Shown piece after piece: positions 8,285 to 17,573 of a stretch of 64,000 nucleotides of DNA. The DNA is from an uncultured delta proteobacterium. Its GTDB lineage: Bacteria; Desulfobacterota; Desulfuromonadia; Desulfuromonadales; BM103. The notes under the pieces were generated by a model. That model was not told the DNA's origin. It searched no databases and saw only the letters and a list, made by a program, of their open reading frames with translations. Position 1 is the first letter of the stretch; the number at the start of each line of letters is the position of its first letter. Both the position numbers and the translations under genes were made by a program. Where the stretch lies: contig CAVQRZ010000023.1 of the NCBI GenBank assembly GCA_963715335.1, positions 64,001-128,000 on the forward strand, in the 5' to 3' direction.

Positions 8285-10412
8285 GCTCTCCTCCTTCCTC
8301 ATCCGTGTTCGCGTCGGCAGTGCCCCCGTCCAGCGGGACCACATGCCAGCGCTCTCGTGCGGCCCGCTTGCCTAGTTCCAGGTTATGACTAAACAGGACC
8401 AGTTGTCCATCAGCTGAGGCAAGGTCAACCAGGTTCAGCGCAGTCGCGAGGCGTTTCTGATCAAGGTGCACAAAAGGGTCGTCAAGCATCAGGGGCAAAG
8501 ACCTGCCATCATTACGGATCTTTGTCAAACTGGTACGCAGGGCCAGGTAAAGGGCGTCTAAAGTCCCTCTGCTCAAGTTTTCGGCCGACAGCCAACGGCG
8601 CCCGTCAATCTGGACTGACGGGATCATGTTTTCATCCAGCCTGATTGCCGTGTATTGACCAGCCGTGATCTTGGCAAACAACTTACCGGCCTCCTGGTTG
8701 AGGCGGAGAAGATGCGAGCGGCTGAATTCATCAACAGCACCGGCCAGAAGATTGATCGCTTTGCGCAGCAAAGCGATGCGAAGCTCAAGTTCATGCTTGC
8801 GCTTCTGCAATGCGGTGCCATCGCCTTCTGCTCTGCCAGCCTGTGTAGAATTCAGCTTCTCAAGCTGCATAGTCAGGCTTTGCAGGTGATCTTCTTTCCG
8901 GCTCATTTCAGCTTCAAAGTCTGCCAGCCGGGCTTCCAGCTCAGACAGCTCATCGGCAGGGCCATCCTCTTCATGAAGTCCGGTTTCCACGTTTTGCTCT
9001 TGCGGTCGAGGCTCAATGTGCTCCGCAACATCGTCAACCGGCTGCTCGGCAGCCGGCTGGGACCAGTAACGCTCCAGCAGTTCACGGTTCGATGATACAA
9101 TTTTCTGCAGCCGGACCAGGTCGATCGGTGAGCATGGCAGGCCAATAGCTTCGCAACGCTCACTGAGTACAGACTGACGCTTCTGTGTGGCAAGTTTTTT
9201 CCGGTCCAGCTTGCCGCGTTCTGTTTTGCATTCGGCATGAGCCTTTCTGCTGCACATCAAACGCCAGCCGCACCAGCCTGAGAAGAACGCCACGACAATG
9301 CCGGCAAAGACTGCAACGGCGAGTGGATAAAGCTGCCGCCACCACGCGGCGCCGGTTACCAGTGCAAGCAGGATGCAGACCGACAACAGCGCCGTCCAGG
9401 GCGTCCCTGGGATCTTTTTTTCACGGTTGCCGAGGACGGCATAAGGCTGTTGCAGTGTGCTCATCTCCTGCCTGATCTCGGCAGCCTCGGCCAGCAGTTC
9501 GGGAAGGTTTCTCGGTGGGTTCTCAGGCAGGCCGGCTGCTGCCAGCTGCATACAGATATGATCATTTTTTACCGCATCGACCGGTTGAGATTGTTTGTCA
9601 CTAACCGTTTGAAAGATCTTTACCGGGGATGTCGTTTGCTGGCTGCGGACATGCTCGACATAGCGGAGACCTTTTTCATGTTCGAGACGATCGCTGACCA
9701 GTTCAGCAGACAAGGTTTCGATCTGCCCTGCAATTTCAGTTGCGTCATCTAATTCAACGAAAACCGGCACCGTATCGACAGGTCCGAGGTTACCCAGCTC
9801 CCGACAGATGTCTTCATATTCACGATCACGCTGCTTGTCACGACCCCATGGGTTGCTGCGCGTCAGGTTGAAGTGTTCGTCCAGCAGGCTATCAAGGATA
9901 TCGGCGTAGTCGACTTCAGCTGTGCCGCTGACCAGGGTGCGGAGCTTCTGCGCCAGTTCGTCGTCACTCCATTCCTGGGGTCGGTGGCCAAAGAAATATG
10001 TCGCCCGGAACAATTTCTCGTCAGAGATGCCAATTAAAGATTCAAGCAGTTCCCGGTATTCACGACACGATGAACTACGCCCGCGCAGGGGAACTTTACC
10101 GGAGAAGTGTGACAAAGGCTGATAAAGGTCGTCGCGTTCAACCAGTTCGACATCATCGGTGACCAGATTGCGTTTGACCTGGATCGTCCTGCCGCCACCC
10201 TCAAAGAAAAGCGTCGCCGAGCAGGCATTACGGCCCCAGGGCTTGAACCTTTCCAGGCGATCCGTGCCAAACAGCACCGCCGGAACAGCTTCTGCAATGG
10301 TTGACTTGCCCGCTTCATTGGGCCCGATCACAAGGTTCAAACCACGTCTGAATTCGACGGTCTGACCACGAAACCTGCCGAAATTCTCCATTTCGATACT
10401 GCGCAGGATCAT
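8259..10412 (-). CDS. YhaN/Rad50-like SMC-type ATPase with central TM segments
   Basis: Walker A GPNEAGKST, signature LSRGT, Walker B LMLDDPF, coiled coils and two hydrophobic helices. Confidence 0.88.
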   Translation of the reverse strand: MILRSIEMENFGRFRGQTVEFRRGLNLVIGPNEAGKSTIAEAVPAVLFGTDRLERFKPWGRNACSATLFFEGGGRTIQVKRNLVTDDVELVERDDLYQPLSHFSGKVPLRGRSSSCREYRELLESLIGISDEKLFRATYFFGHRPQEWSDDELAQKLRTLVSGTAEVDYADILDSLLDEHFNLTRSNPWGRDKQRDREYEDICRELGNLGPVDTVPVFVELDDATEIAGQIETLSAELVSDRLEHEKGLRYVEHVRSQQTTSPVKIFQTVSDKQSQPVDAVKNDHICMQLAAAGLPENPPRNLPELLAEAAEIRQEMSTLQQPYAVLGNREKKIPGTPWTALLSVCILLALVTGAAWWRQLYPLAVAVFAGIVVAFFSGWCGWRLMCSRKAHAECKTERGKLDRKKLATQKRQSVLSERCEAIGLPCSPIDLVRLQKIVSSNRELLERYWSQPAAEQPVDDVAEHIEPRPQEQNVETGLHEEDGPADELSELEARLADFEAEMSRKEDHLQSLTMQLEKLNSTQAGRAEGDGTALQKRKHELELRIALLRKAINLLAGAVDEFSRSHLLRLNQEAGKLFAKITAGQYTAIRLDENMIPSVQIDGRRWLSAENLSRGTLDALYLALRTSLTKIRNDGRSLPLMLDDPFVHLDQKRLATALNLVDLASADGQLVLFSHNLELGKRAARERWHVVPLDGGTADANTDEEGGEHARQLHLL

Positions 10413-10594
10413 ATCGCGTCACCTTCCATTGCCTGGAAGCGGGTCAGGAGAAGTTGCAGGGCCTGTTCCAGCAGCGTCACCTCATCGGTGTCTGCCCCTT
10501 CAGCCTGTTCAAGTACCATGCGGACCAGAACACCCCGCACACTCTCCTCGCGGGCCAAGGCCTTGATCTGGTCGCTTCCCAGCAATCCTGTCAT
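10409..10594 (-). CDS. Small helical protein (61 aa) coupled to the ATPase
   Basis: GGGGAG RBS; ATGA overlap with the ATPase start. Confidence 0.6.
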   Translation of the reverse strand: MTGLLGSDQIKALAREESVRGVLVRMVLEQAEGADTDEVTLLEQALQLLLTRFQAMEGDAI

Positions 10595-10750
10595 TCGACT
10601 CCCCCATCAAAGAATTCTGTATAATAACAAACGTGCTGTCGGCAGGCCACACCGAACCTTATACAGTAACCACCCACTGTTCGGCGACAAGCGTAGATTA
10701 ATCCGGTAAAATTTTCCGCCAGGGCAGCAAATTCTTCAGTCAGCATCACG

Positions 10751-11551
10751 TTACTGACCCTCTGTTTCAGCATCAAAAAAGTCGTTATCCCGGTTCTTCC
10801 AGATATGATCCCGTCGGTAATCCCACCAGCTCGAGTCAGCATCAAACGACAAACTTTCACCGACCAGAATCAGGGTCAGTGCCGGACGCGGGTTCGGGTT
10901 TTCGAGGTTGAAAAAATCTCTCGAGCCGACTCTATCCACAATCGTGTCGAGTGTCGCCATGATCAACTCCTCTCCTGGCAGCCCTACCTTGTGCGCCAGT
11001 GCTATCGGCACATCTCTACCATAACCGGTTCGCAGCTGTGATACCAACTCGGCCAGCGGCAGATTATTCATGTAAATCACCAGGGTCACCCCGGGGGCGG
11101 CGAGGTCTGTCATGGTTAGAGCGTCGGGGCCATCACCGAGCGTCCGTGGCGAAGCCAGGACGGCTCGACTGCAGGCCCCCGGGAGGTCCAGGGTCTTTTT
11201 CAACACCGCTGATGCGGCATTTACCGAACCGACACCCGGGACAACTACGGCGAGCTCACCCAGCCCGTCAACCAGGGCCTGAAACGGTGAGTAGAAGGTC
11301 AGATCACCCGGCACCAGGAAAGCGACCGGAGCTGTTTCGAGCTGGGCCCTGATCATTCTGGTCAGATCGGCAAAATAGTATGCAAAGGGGACAAACAGCT
11401 CCTTGCCAACCAGAAGTTCGGCAAAAGTCTGGTCGTAAAACGGTGGGACATAGACGACCGGACAACCTTGTAGAATGCGTTCGGCACGACGCGTCAACAG
11501 TTCCGGGTCACCGGGTCCGGCACCGAGGAAATAGACCCGGTTCTCCATCAC
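10751..11551 (-). CDS. Tetrapyrrole methylase (CobM/CbiF-like)
   Basis: GAGPGDPELLT, GDLTFYS and VVPGVGS motifs. Confidence 0.85.
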   Translation of the reverse strand: MMENRVYFLGAGPGDPELLTRRAERILQGCPVVYVPPFYDQTFAELLVGKELFVPFAYYFADLTRMIRAQLETAPVAFLVPGDLTFYSPFQALVDGLGELAVVVPGVGSVNAASAVLKKTLDLPGACSRAVLASPRTLGDGPDALTMTDLAAPGVTLVIYMNNLPLAELVSQLRTGYGRDVPIALAHKVGLPGEELIMATLDTIVDRVGSRDFFNLENPNPRPALTLILVGESLSFDADSSWWDYRRDHIWKNRDNDFFDAETEGQ

Positions 11552-12291
11552 GGTCTCCCCGAACGCAGATGAATCAGAAATTCACGGTTGCCTTTCGGCC
11601 CGAGGAGCGGGCTCTCGCAAAGGCTCACCACCTGGCAGCCGAAATTTTCGGCCAACAGCTTGATTTTCTCTATTACCTGGGCATGTTGTTCGGGATTGCG
11701 TACTACCCCTTGTTTACCGACCTGCCCTTTACCGACTTCGAACTGGGGTTTGATCAGGGCAATGATGTCACTGGCAGGCCGGAGGAGTGAAATAGTGGCC
11801 GGCAGAACCTTCTCAAGGGAAATGAACGAGGCGTCAATCACTGCGAAATCCGGCACATCGTCAAGTTGGTCCGCAGTCAGGTGCCTGATATTGGTGCGTT
11901 CGAGATTGACGACTCGCACATCATCCCGAAGCTTCCAGGCCAGTTGACCATAGCCGACATCAACAGCGAACACCTTCCTGGCACCGCTTTGTAACAGGCA
12001 GTCGGTAAAACCACCTGTCGAGGCCCCGACATCAAGCGCCGTACGACCTGCAGCATTCACCTGAAAAGTCTCCAAGGCCTTCGCAAGCTTTAATCCGCCG
12101 CGCGAAACATAGGGGATATCCTCCCCTTTGAGACGGATGAGAGCCTCGGAATCGACTTGGGTTCCGGCCTTGTCGACAGGCTGGTCATCGACCAGAACAC
12201 GGCCGGCCATGATCAGGGACCTTGCCCGTTCACGCGACCCGGCCAATTGTCGCTGCACCATCAACTTGTCGATTCTTTCCTTGCCAGTCAT
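11548..12291 (-). CDS. tlyA: TlyA family RNA methyltransferase
   Basis: S4 domain; YVSRGGLKL, DVGASTGGFTDC and LIKPQFE motifs. Confidence 0.95.
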   Translation of the reverse strand: MTGKERIDKLMVQRQLAGSRERARSLIMAGRVLVDDQPVDKAGTQVDSEALIRLKGEDIPYVSRGGLKLAKALETFQVNAAGRTALDVGASTGGFTDCLLQSGARKVFAVDVGYGQLAWKLRDDVRVVNLERTNIRHLTADQLDDVPDFAVIDASFISLEKVLPATISLLRPASDIIALIKPQFEVGKGQVGKQGVVRNPEQHAQVIEKIKLLAENFGCQVVSLCESPLLGPKGNREFLIHLRSGRP

Positions 12292-12315
12292 AGCAAAAAC
12301 CGTCAATCAGGCAGT

Positions 12316-12864
12316 CTATAAGGTTGCCAGAAGCCTTTCTTTCGCTGTGGCACCTGCGAAACCCATGCAGTTCTGCAGAAAATCAGCAAAAATCATTGCC
12401 AGCCAATCGAGCTGTTCGACAAGGGCATGACCGGCCGGGACCACGTGCAGCATCGCCCGGTGAGTGCGGGCAAACTCAAGGACCATGTCGAAAGGCACTA
12501 TATCGTCGGACCAGCCGTGAACGATGGACAATTTCCGTGCGTGTGGTTCCGGCATCGACTCCTTGTAACCAGGCATGCCCAGGGCCGGGGCCATCAGGAA
12601 CAAACCGACCGGCTGGATAGCCTGAGAAGCCGTGGTTGCAACGTACCCCCCCATACTCGAACCAACCAGGACAACGGAGCCATCGATAGCCCTGGCTTCA
12701 TCTATCAGCCGGGTCACCCGCAAATCAGGGTCGAGGGTATCGCTGTCATCACGGCTGACGACCCGGTAACCCAGGGTTTCGGCAATTTTGGCCATCACCC
12801 TGATCTTTATTCCCCACGGTCCGCTTTCACGCCCATGAGAAAAGCACACGGTAAAATTCTGCAT
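12316..12864 (-). CDS. Small alpha/beta hydrolase
   Basis: SHG, GSSMG nucleophile elbow, HGWSDD and AGH motifs. Confidence 0.85.
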   Translation of the reverse strand: MQNFTVCFSHGRESGPWGIKIRVMAKIAETLGYRVVSRDDSDTLDPDLRVTRLIDEARAIDGSVVLVGSSMGGYVATTASQAIQPVGLFLMAPALGMPGYKESMPEPHARKLSIVHGWSDDIVPFDMVLEFARTHRAMLHVVPAGHALVEQLDWLAMIFADFLQNCMGFAGATAKERLLATL

Positions 12865-13323
12865 CCGTTACTCCCGGCAAAAATGATGGCAGACTATACC
12901 ATGATTCAGCATGCAATCCCACAATCAAGGCGAAATATTTATGTCAATTTCAATCACGATTTCCATGGTCGGCCGCAACAGCCAGTTGGTCAACTGGAGG
13001 GCCTGCGTCTAACCTGAGGGGTAACGGCAAAGGGCAGAGGACAACGCATTGAGCAGAAGGTCGGCGACCTCAACATCCTCAAAGCACTCATGGGCCATAA
13101 CATGGCGCAATGGCAGGTTGAATAGCCGATCGAGAGAAAAATCAGCCGGTTCTCCGCCTGTGCACGCTGAAAGGCAGATTCAGCCCAGGATGCCAGTCAA
13201 CCGGATTGTCAACGTGTTGTAACAGGTAGGGGCTTTTCTCGGTCTGTAAATGGTTCATATAATTAAAGTAATTTATTATACATTATAGCATAAATTACTG
13301 TTTTTATTATATTAAATTCGGCA

Positions 13324-13635
13324 TTAGTCCGTATTTAGTGAGCGTCCCGAGCCGCGCCAACGCGACATGTGCCCCTCCAGAAGCTGAAGATTCTTGTAGC
13401 CGCGAAACTTAAGCAGCATCCTTGCCATCTGGGCTCGCGGTCCGTGTTCACAAACGATAACCAGAAGGTCTTCTTTCCTGGTGTTTACGGCTTCCACAGC
13501 TTTGAGCACTCCAGGCAGCGGGGCATGTATCGCCCCGGGAATATGCCCGGATTGGTATTCGAAAGCGCTTCGGACATCGAGAAGAACTGGCGCATCCCCG
13601 CTTTTTAAATGCATTGCAAGCTGTTCAGCTGTCAT
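13324..13635 (-). CDS. Rhodanese-like domain protein
   Basis: LDVRS..EY..GHIPGA and CEHGPRA motifs. Confidence 0.9.
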   Translation of the reverse strand: MTAEQLAMHLKSGDAPVLLDVRSAFEYQSGHIPGAIHAPLPGVLKAVEAVNTRKEDLLVIVCEHGPRAQMARMLLKFRGYKNLQLLEGHMSRWRGSGRSLNTD

Positions 13636-14482
13636 CTTCACCCTTCTCCATGAAATCTTCAGGTCTCTCCAGGCTGACCCGGCTGATGAGGCCGGCGCGC
13701 AGCTCCCGCAACAGCAGCTCCGAGGCGCGCTGCCGATCAACGTCACCACCGGCAATCAGACAGCCTCGCCGACGTCCGATCTCGTTGACAAGTTCCGAGG
13801 CACTCTCCGGAAGGCCCTGAATCTTGTAGCGAGCGGCCAGCGGTGCCGGGTAATGGTGCATCAGGTAGTCGGCGGCGTACAGGGCCACATCGACATAGTC
13901 CATGGCCGCATCACCAATTGCGCCGCTTGCGGCAAGACGGTAAACACTCTTCTGATTGCGGATATCCGGCCACAGCAGTCCGGGTGTATCGGCCAGATGG
14001 ATACCGTTGCGAAGATCAATCTGTTGGGGACAGGTCGTGATAGCCGGTTTGTCGCCAACCCGGGCCATCTTTCTGCCTGCCAAAGTGTTGATCAGAGTCG
14101 ATTTGCCGACATTGGGAATACCGACCACCATCGCACGCAAGGTCTTCCCCGGTACACCTCGGTTCGGCACCATGCTACGGCACAGGCCCGTAATCTGGCT
14201 CACGGTTGACCGTTTTGACGCCTCAATGGGAAGGGCCTTTACGTCCGCGAACTGATCGAAGTATGCGACCCATGATTTTGTCACGGCAGGGTCTGCAAGA
14301 TCATTCTTGTTCAGAACCTTGATACAGGGCTTATGCCCGCGCAGTTTCTCCAGCAAGGGGTTGGAGCTGGAAACCGGCAGACGCGCATCAAGCACCTCGA
14401 TGACGATATCAATTCTCGGCATGACTTCGGCGATCTGCCTTTTGGCTTTCGCCATATGTCCTGGAAACCACTCTATTGCCAT
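13625..14482 (-). CDS. rbgA: Ribosome biogenesis GTPase RbgA/YlqF
   Basis: WFPGHMAK, NKND, GIPNVGKS and DTPG motifs (circularly permuted GTPase). Confidence 0.95.
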   Translation of the reverse strand: MAIEWFPGHMAKAKRQIAEVMPRIDIVIEVLDARLPVSSSNPLLEKLRGHKPCIKVLNKNDLADPAVTKSWVAYFDQFADVKALPIEASKRSTVSQITGLCRSMVPNRGVPGKTLRAMVVGIPNVGKSTLINTLAGRKMARVGDKPAITTCPQQIDLRNGIHLADTPGLLWPDIRNQKSVYRLAASGAIGDAAMDYVDVALYAADYLMHHYPAPLAARYKIQGLPESASELVNEIGRRRGCLIAGGDVDRQRASELLLRELRAGLISRVSLERPEDFMEKGEDDS

Positions 14483-14568
14483 AAATCAATACCCTGTCGG
14501 AGAAACGGCACACCGATGTGATGACCTGACCAAGGCCGATGCATTACGAAGTTTTCGGTGTTTTGAGT

Positions 14569-15060
14569 CTAATAGGACTTGCGGAAAACCGTCTTATGAC
14601 ATTTGGGACATGGCGGAATACGCGCGGTCTTTGTCATATGCATCTCGGCTTCGCAATCTTTGCAGGTCAGGGTCCCGGCACTGGTTATTTCCCCGGTTTT
14701 ATACTCCAGGGATTTCTCGGACCGTTCTGCCAGTTCCGTTAAGGTTGTCGCCGCACCGGTCAAGATACGGGAAAAGGCGCTCTGTGCACCGGCCGCAAGG
14801 CGCTGCGGCTCAATGGCCTTTTTAACCGCCTCTGCAGCTTTGGCAGCGTTCTCCTTCAAGTCACGCCTGACGTAATCGCCGAGCCTGTCCGCCTGTTCTC
14901 GTGAGAAATCACCAGCCGAAGCGAGTTCCTCCTTGGCTTTCTTCAGAGCCTCATCGAAGGTTTTCTTCCCTTCTTCAAGGAGATCTGCAGTACGGGAAGC
15001 CAGCTTTTCATAAAGGCCAATCTCTTCGTGTTCATTTTTGTTTTCATTCTGGTCGCTCAT
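14569..15060 (-). CDS. Zinc-ribbon-containing protein (DUF1451-like)
   Basis: YVRRDL and YKTGEITSAGTLTCKDC...IPPCPKC motifs. Confidence 0.8.
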   Translation of the reverse strand: MSDQNENKNEHEEIGLYEKLASRTADLLEEGKKTFDEALKKAKEELASAGDFSREQADRLGDYVRRDLKENAAKAAEAVKKAIEPQRLAAGAQSAFSRILTGAATTLTELAERSEKSLEYKTGEITSAGTLTCKDCEAEMHMTKTARIPPCPKCHKTVFRKSY

Positions 15061-15284
15061 GAGATCTCTCCTGGGGAATTTATAGATGAATCTTATTGTA
15101 AAGACTACCACAAAAGACACACTTTGGTTATCAACGAAGGCTCATTTTCCTGTACTCTGCCGCAATTTTATACTGGAGCTTGTCGTGCCTGGTGCTATTG
15201 AGATAATTATTTGAAGAAATAACCAGAAGGTGTAAAAATAATGCAGTCTTTATGATTGTTTCTTAACAACCACTGGAGGTGAAT

Positions 15285-15815
15285 ATGCAGAAGAGATATA
15301 TCATGACAGCATTCGGCAAGGACCGCCCGGGGATCGTTGCCGATGTTACGGAAGTCCTTTATGAGAACGGTTGCAACCTAGAGGATACCAGCATGTCAAT
15401 GCTGTCCGACGAATTTACCATTAACCTGTTGTTCTCATCCGGCAACAACGACATCGAATCCATTCTTGAGAAAGAGTGTGCTTCACTTGAACAACAGAAA
15501 GACATCTCGGCTTTCATTCGCCCCGTCAAGTCTATCCAGCAGGAGGCCCTGGAAAAACTTCCCCTTTGCACCATTCATGTTGAAGGCCTGGACCAGGCTG
15601 GTATCGTCTATAAGATCAGCAGGTACCTGTCGGACAATCAACTCAACATCGTTGACCTGAAATCTACAGTAAAAGCCACACCGGAAAGCGGTACGGCGCT
15701 CTACCTGATGGATATCCACATTCAACTGCCGGCAGCCTCCTCAATCCTCTCGGTTAGCGATGCTCTGAACGCCGTTGCCGAAGAGATCAATGTCGACATA
15801 ACGGTCTCTCCCTGA
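15285..15815 (+). CDS. Two-ACT-domain protein (GcvR-like)
   Basis: GKDRPGIV and GLDQAGIV ACT motifs; GGAGG RBS. Confidence 0.85.
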   Translation: MQKRYIMTAFGKDRPGIVADVTEVLYENGCNLEDTSMSMLSDEFTINLLFSSGNNDIESILEKECASLEQQKDISAFIRPVKSIQQEALEKLPLCTIHVEGLDQAGIVYKISRYLSDNQLNIVDLKSTVKATPESGTALYLMDIHIQLPAASSILSVSDALNAVAEEINVDITVSP

Positions 15816-15884
15816 CAGACTGGCCACAGAATGCCAGAGCGCTGCACATGAACGGTGTTGCAAAGGCAGACAAGATGAATTTAT

Positions 15885-16310
15885 TTGCTAGAATGCATAA
15901 ATAAACCAACTGTGATGGACCTGAAGCGGTCAAGGGATGCCATGCACCGGGACCATGTTCTCAATGTTCTGCAACAAACAGAGGAAAAGCGCGTCCGCTT
16001 CCTTAAGGCCTGGAAACACGGCGTCGAATACCTCGGGCCACGGTTTTTTGGTCCGGGTCTGCCTGAAACGGCCAAGAGCAAGGCCGAACTCATACCGCTT
16101 CGGGATATCGTGGAAGCCGAATTCGAGAAAGAGAGTGAGGGGGAAGAAGAATTTCTGGCTGCAATGGTGAGCTTCTACGACCCGGCATGGGGAGAGGAAC
16201 TCGCCGCGCGCATCGAGTGTCACAAATCGCTCAGCGGTCTCACCCTCGACCTCGATCATGAATGTACTGAAATCATTTGCGAACTTCTACTGAACCATGA
16301 AGGCTGGTAG
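15885..16310 (+). CDS. Hypothetical protein
   Basis: 141-aa ORF filling an intergenic gap. No motif recognised; start uncertain. Confidence 0.55.
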   Translation: MLECINKPTVMDLKRSRDAMHRDHVLNVLQQTEEKRVRFLKAWKHGVEYLGPRFFGPGLPETAKSKAELIPLRDIVEAEFEKESEGEEEFLAAMVSFYDPAWGEELAARIECHKSLSGLTLDLDHECTEIICELLLNHEGW

Positions 16311-16609
16311 CCTGCTGGTCGACCTCAAAGTCACATGAAACAGGCAGCGATTTACGCGACTCCATCTCCGCGACAGCGGCAAAAGAGCCGATTACACAAA
16401 AAAGTCGGCTGAACAAAAGAAGTGCTTCTGCAGGGGTGAAATCTGTTGCAACTTGGATATAATTACAACAGCAACGTTGCTGCCAACGTCAACCCCTCAC
16501 AAGGAGGTCTCGCCTATCGAAATAAACCTGATCATTGCGAAGAGATTCAGACCAGCCGGCGTCAAGCGCCGGATTTACCCGTGATTAGGGTCAGAAGATA
16601 GGTAAAAAT

Positions 16610-16638
16610 AAAGGCCTGCGCACAAGTGGCAGGCCTTT
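16610..16638. terminator. Probable bidirectional intrinsic terminator
   Basis: AAAGGCCTGC...GCAGGCCTTT hairpin downstream of the PilZ gene. Confidence 0.6.
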
Positions 16639-16663
16639 CACTTCTCCAAAACACTATCGCCCC

Positions 16664-17005
16664 CTACTCTCCCCGTTGCAGATCAAGATCGTCACAGAGG
16701 CCGCGGTACAACTCTTCGCCAGACAAGAATGAGATGATCTCCACGCCCATCCCGCCCTTCATTTTATGGATCATGCTCGCGGGTATTTTTTTAGACCAGC
16801 AAACCTCCCCGAGCAAAGCAATCAGACCGTCAGGATGACAGATTTCAACCCTGATCTTTGATCCTGGTTTCGCGACGACCGCGGAACGGATAAAGAGCCC
16901 CTGGTAATTAATGTCATTCGTAAACCCCAGTTTCTCAGCCTTGTCGAAACCGAATTTCAGCGAGAACCTTTTAGGATGACGTCTTTTGATGCGGTTTTCC
17001 GGCAT
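16664..17005 (-). CDS. Stand-alone PilZ domain protein
   Basis: RxxxR-like (RIKRR), DINYQG and GMGVE motifs. Confidence 0.8.
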   Translation of the reverse strand: MPENRIKRRHPKRFSLKFGFDKAEKLGFTNDINYQGLFIRSAVVAKPGSKIRVEICHPDGLIALLGEVCWSKKIPASMIHKMKGGMGVEIISFLSGEELYRGLCDDLDLQRGE

Positions 17006-17026
17006 AAACTCCAGATATCATCCTGA

Positions 17027-17518
17027 TTAATTGGCAGAATATTTTGCACGCCGCTCTTGCAGAATTTTGGCGTGCCGGCTTTCCTCACCCGCCAGCCAGG
17101 AGAATGCTTCCCTGCCGTCGTCCGACTGGGCAAGCTGGCTGGCTTTTTCGAAGTATTCGGCAAATTTTACTTCTGCCTCGATAGCCATGTCGAGTGCCTG
17201 GATGTCGGCATTCTCTGTTTTCAATACCGCTTCCAGACGTTCCGCATCGGGGAAGATCTTGTCATCGGAGAACCGGTTGAGGTATGGCAGGAACTCTTCT
17301 TCGTAATCGGCAAACGAACCGTCCTGGTATTTTGCCTCCAACTGGTTCAAACGTCGGAGATGTTCCACCTCGTCCTGGGCAAGCCAGGTGAAGAGTTCCT
17401 GCAATGCCGGGTCCGTGGCACGCTCGGACATGGTCGAATAAAAGCGATGGCCGTTCTTTTCTACTTCCTTCGCGGCCCTGACGACTTCAAATCCGCTGAA
17501 GTGCTTGATACCACTCAT
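17027..17518 (-). CDS. Ferritin-like/rubrerythrin family protein
   Basis: Two ExxH diiron motifs (DEVEH, EESRH). Confidence 0.85.
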   Translation of the reverse strand: MSGIKHFSGFEVVRAAKEVEKNGHRFYSTMSERATDPALQELFTWLAQDEVEHLRRLNQLEAKYQDGSFADYEEEFLPYLNRFSDDKIFPDAERLEAVLKTENADIQALDMAIEAEVKFAEYFEKASQLAQSDDGREAFSWLAGEESRHAKILQERRAKYSAN

Positions 17519-17573
17519 AAAAGACATCCTTAATGGAAAGTAAGGGTTGTTGTATACCAGGCCAAAAGACCTG

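Noticed and set aside
8259..10412. SMC-based defence system (Wadjet/Lamassu)
   Set aside because: No JetABD or LmuA-like effector nearby; the protein fits the YhaN type in a housekeeping context.
12925..13320. dif-like sites (TTATGTCAATT, TTATATTAAAT)
   Set aside because: Only XerD-arm-like halves are present; no plausible XerC arm at 6-bp spacing.
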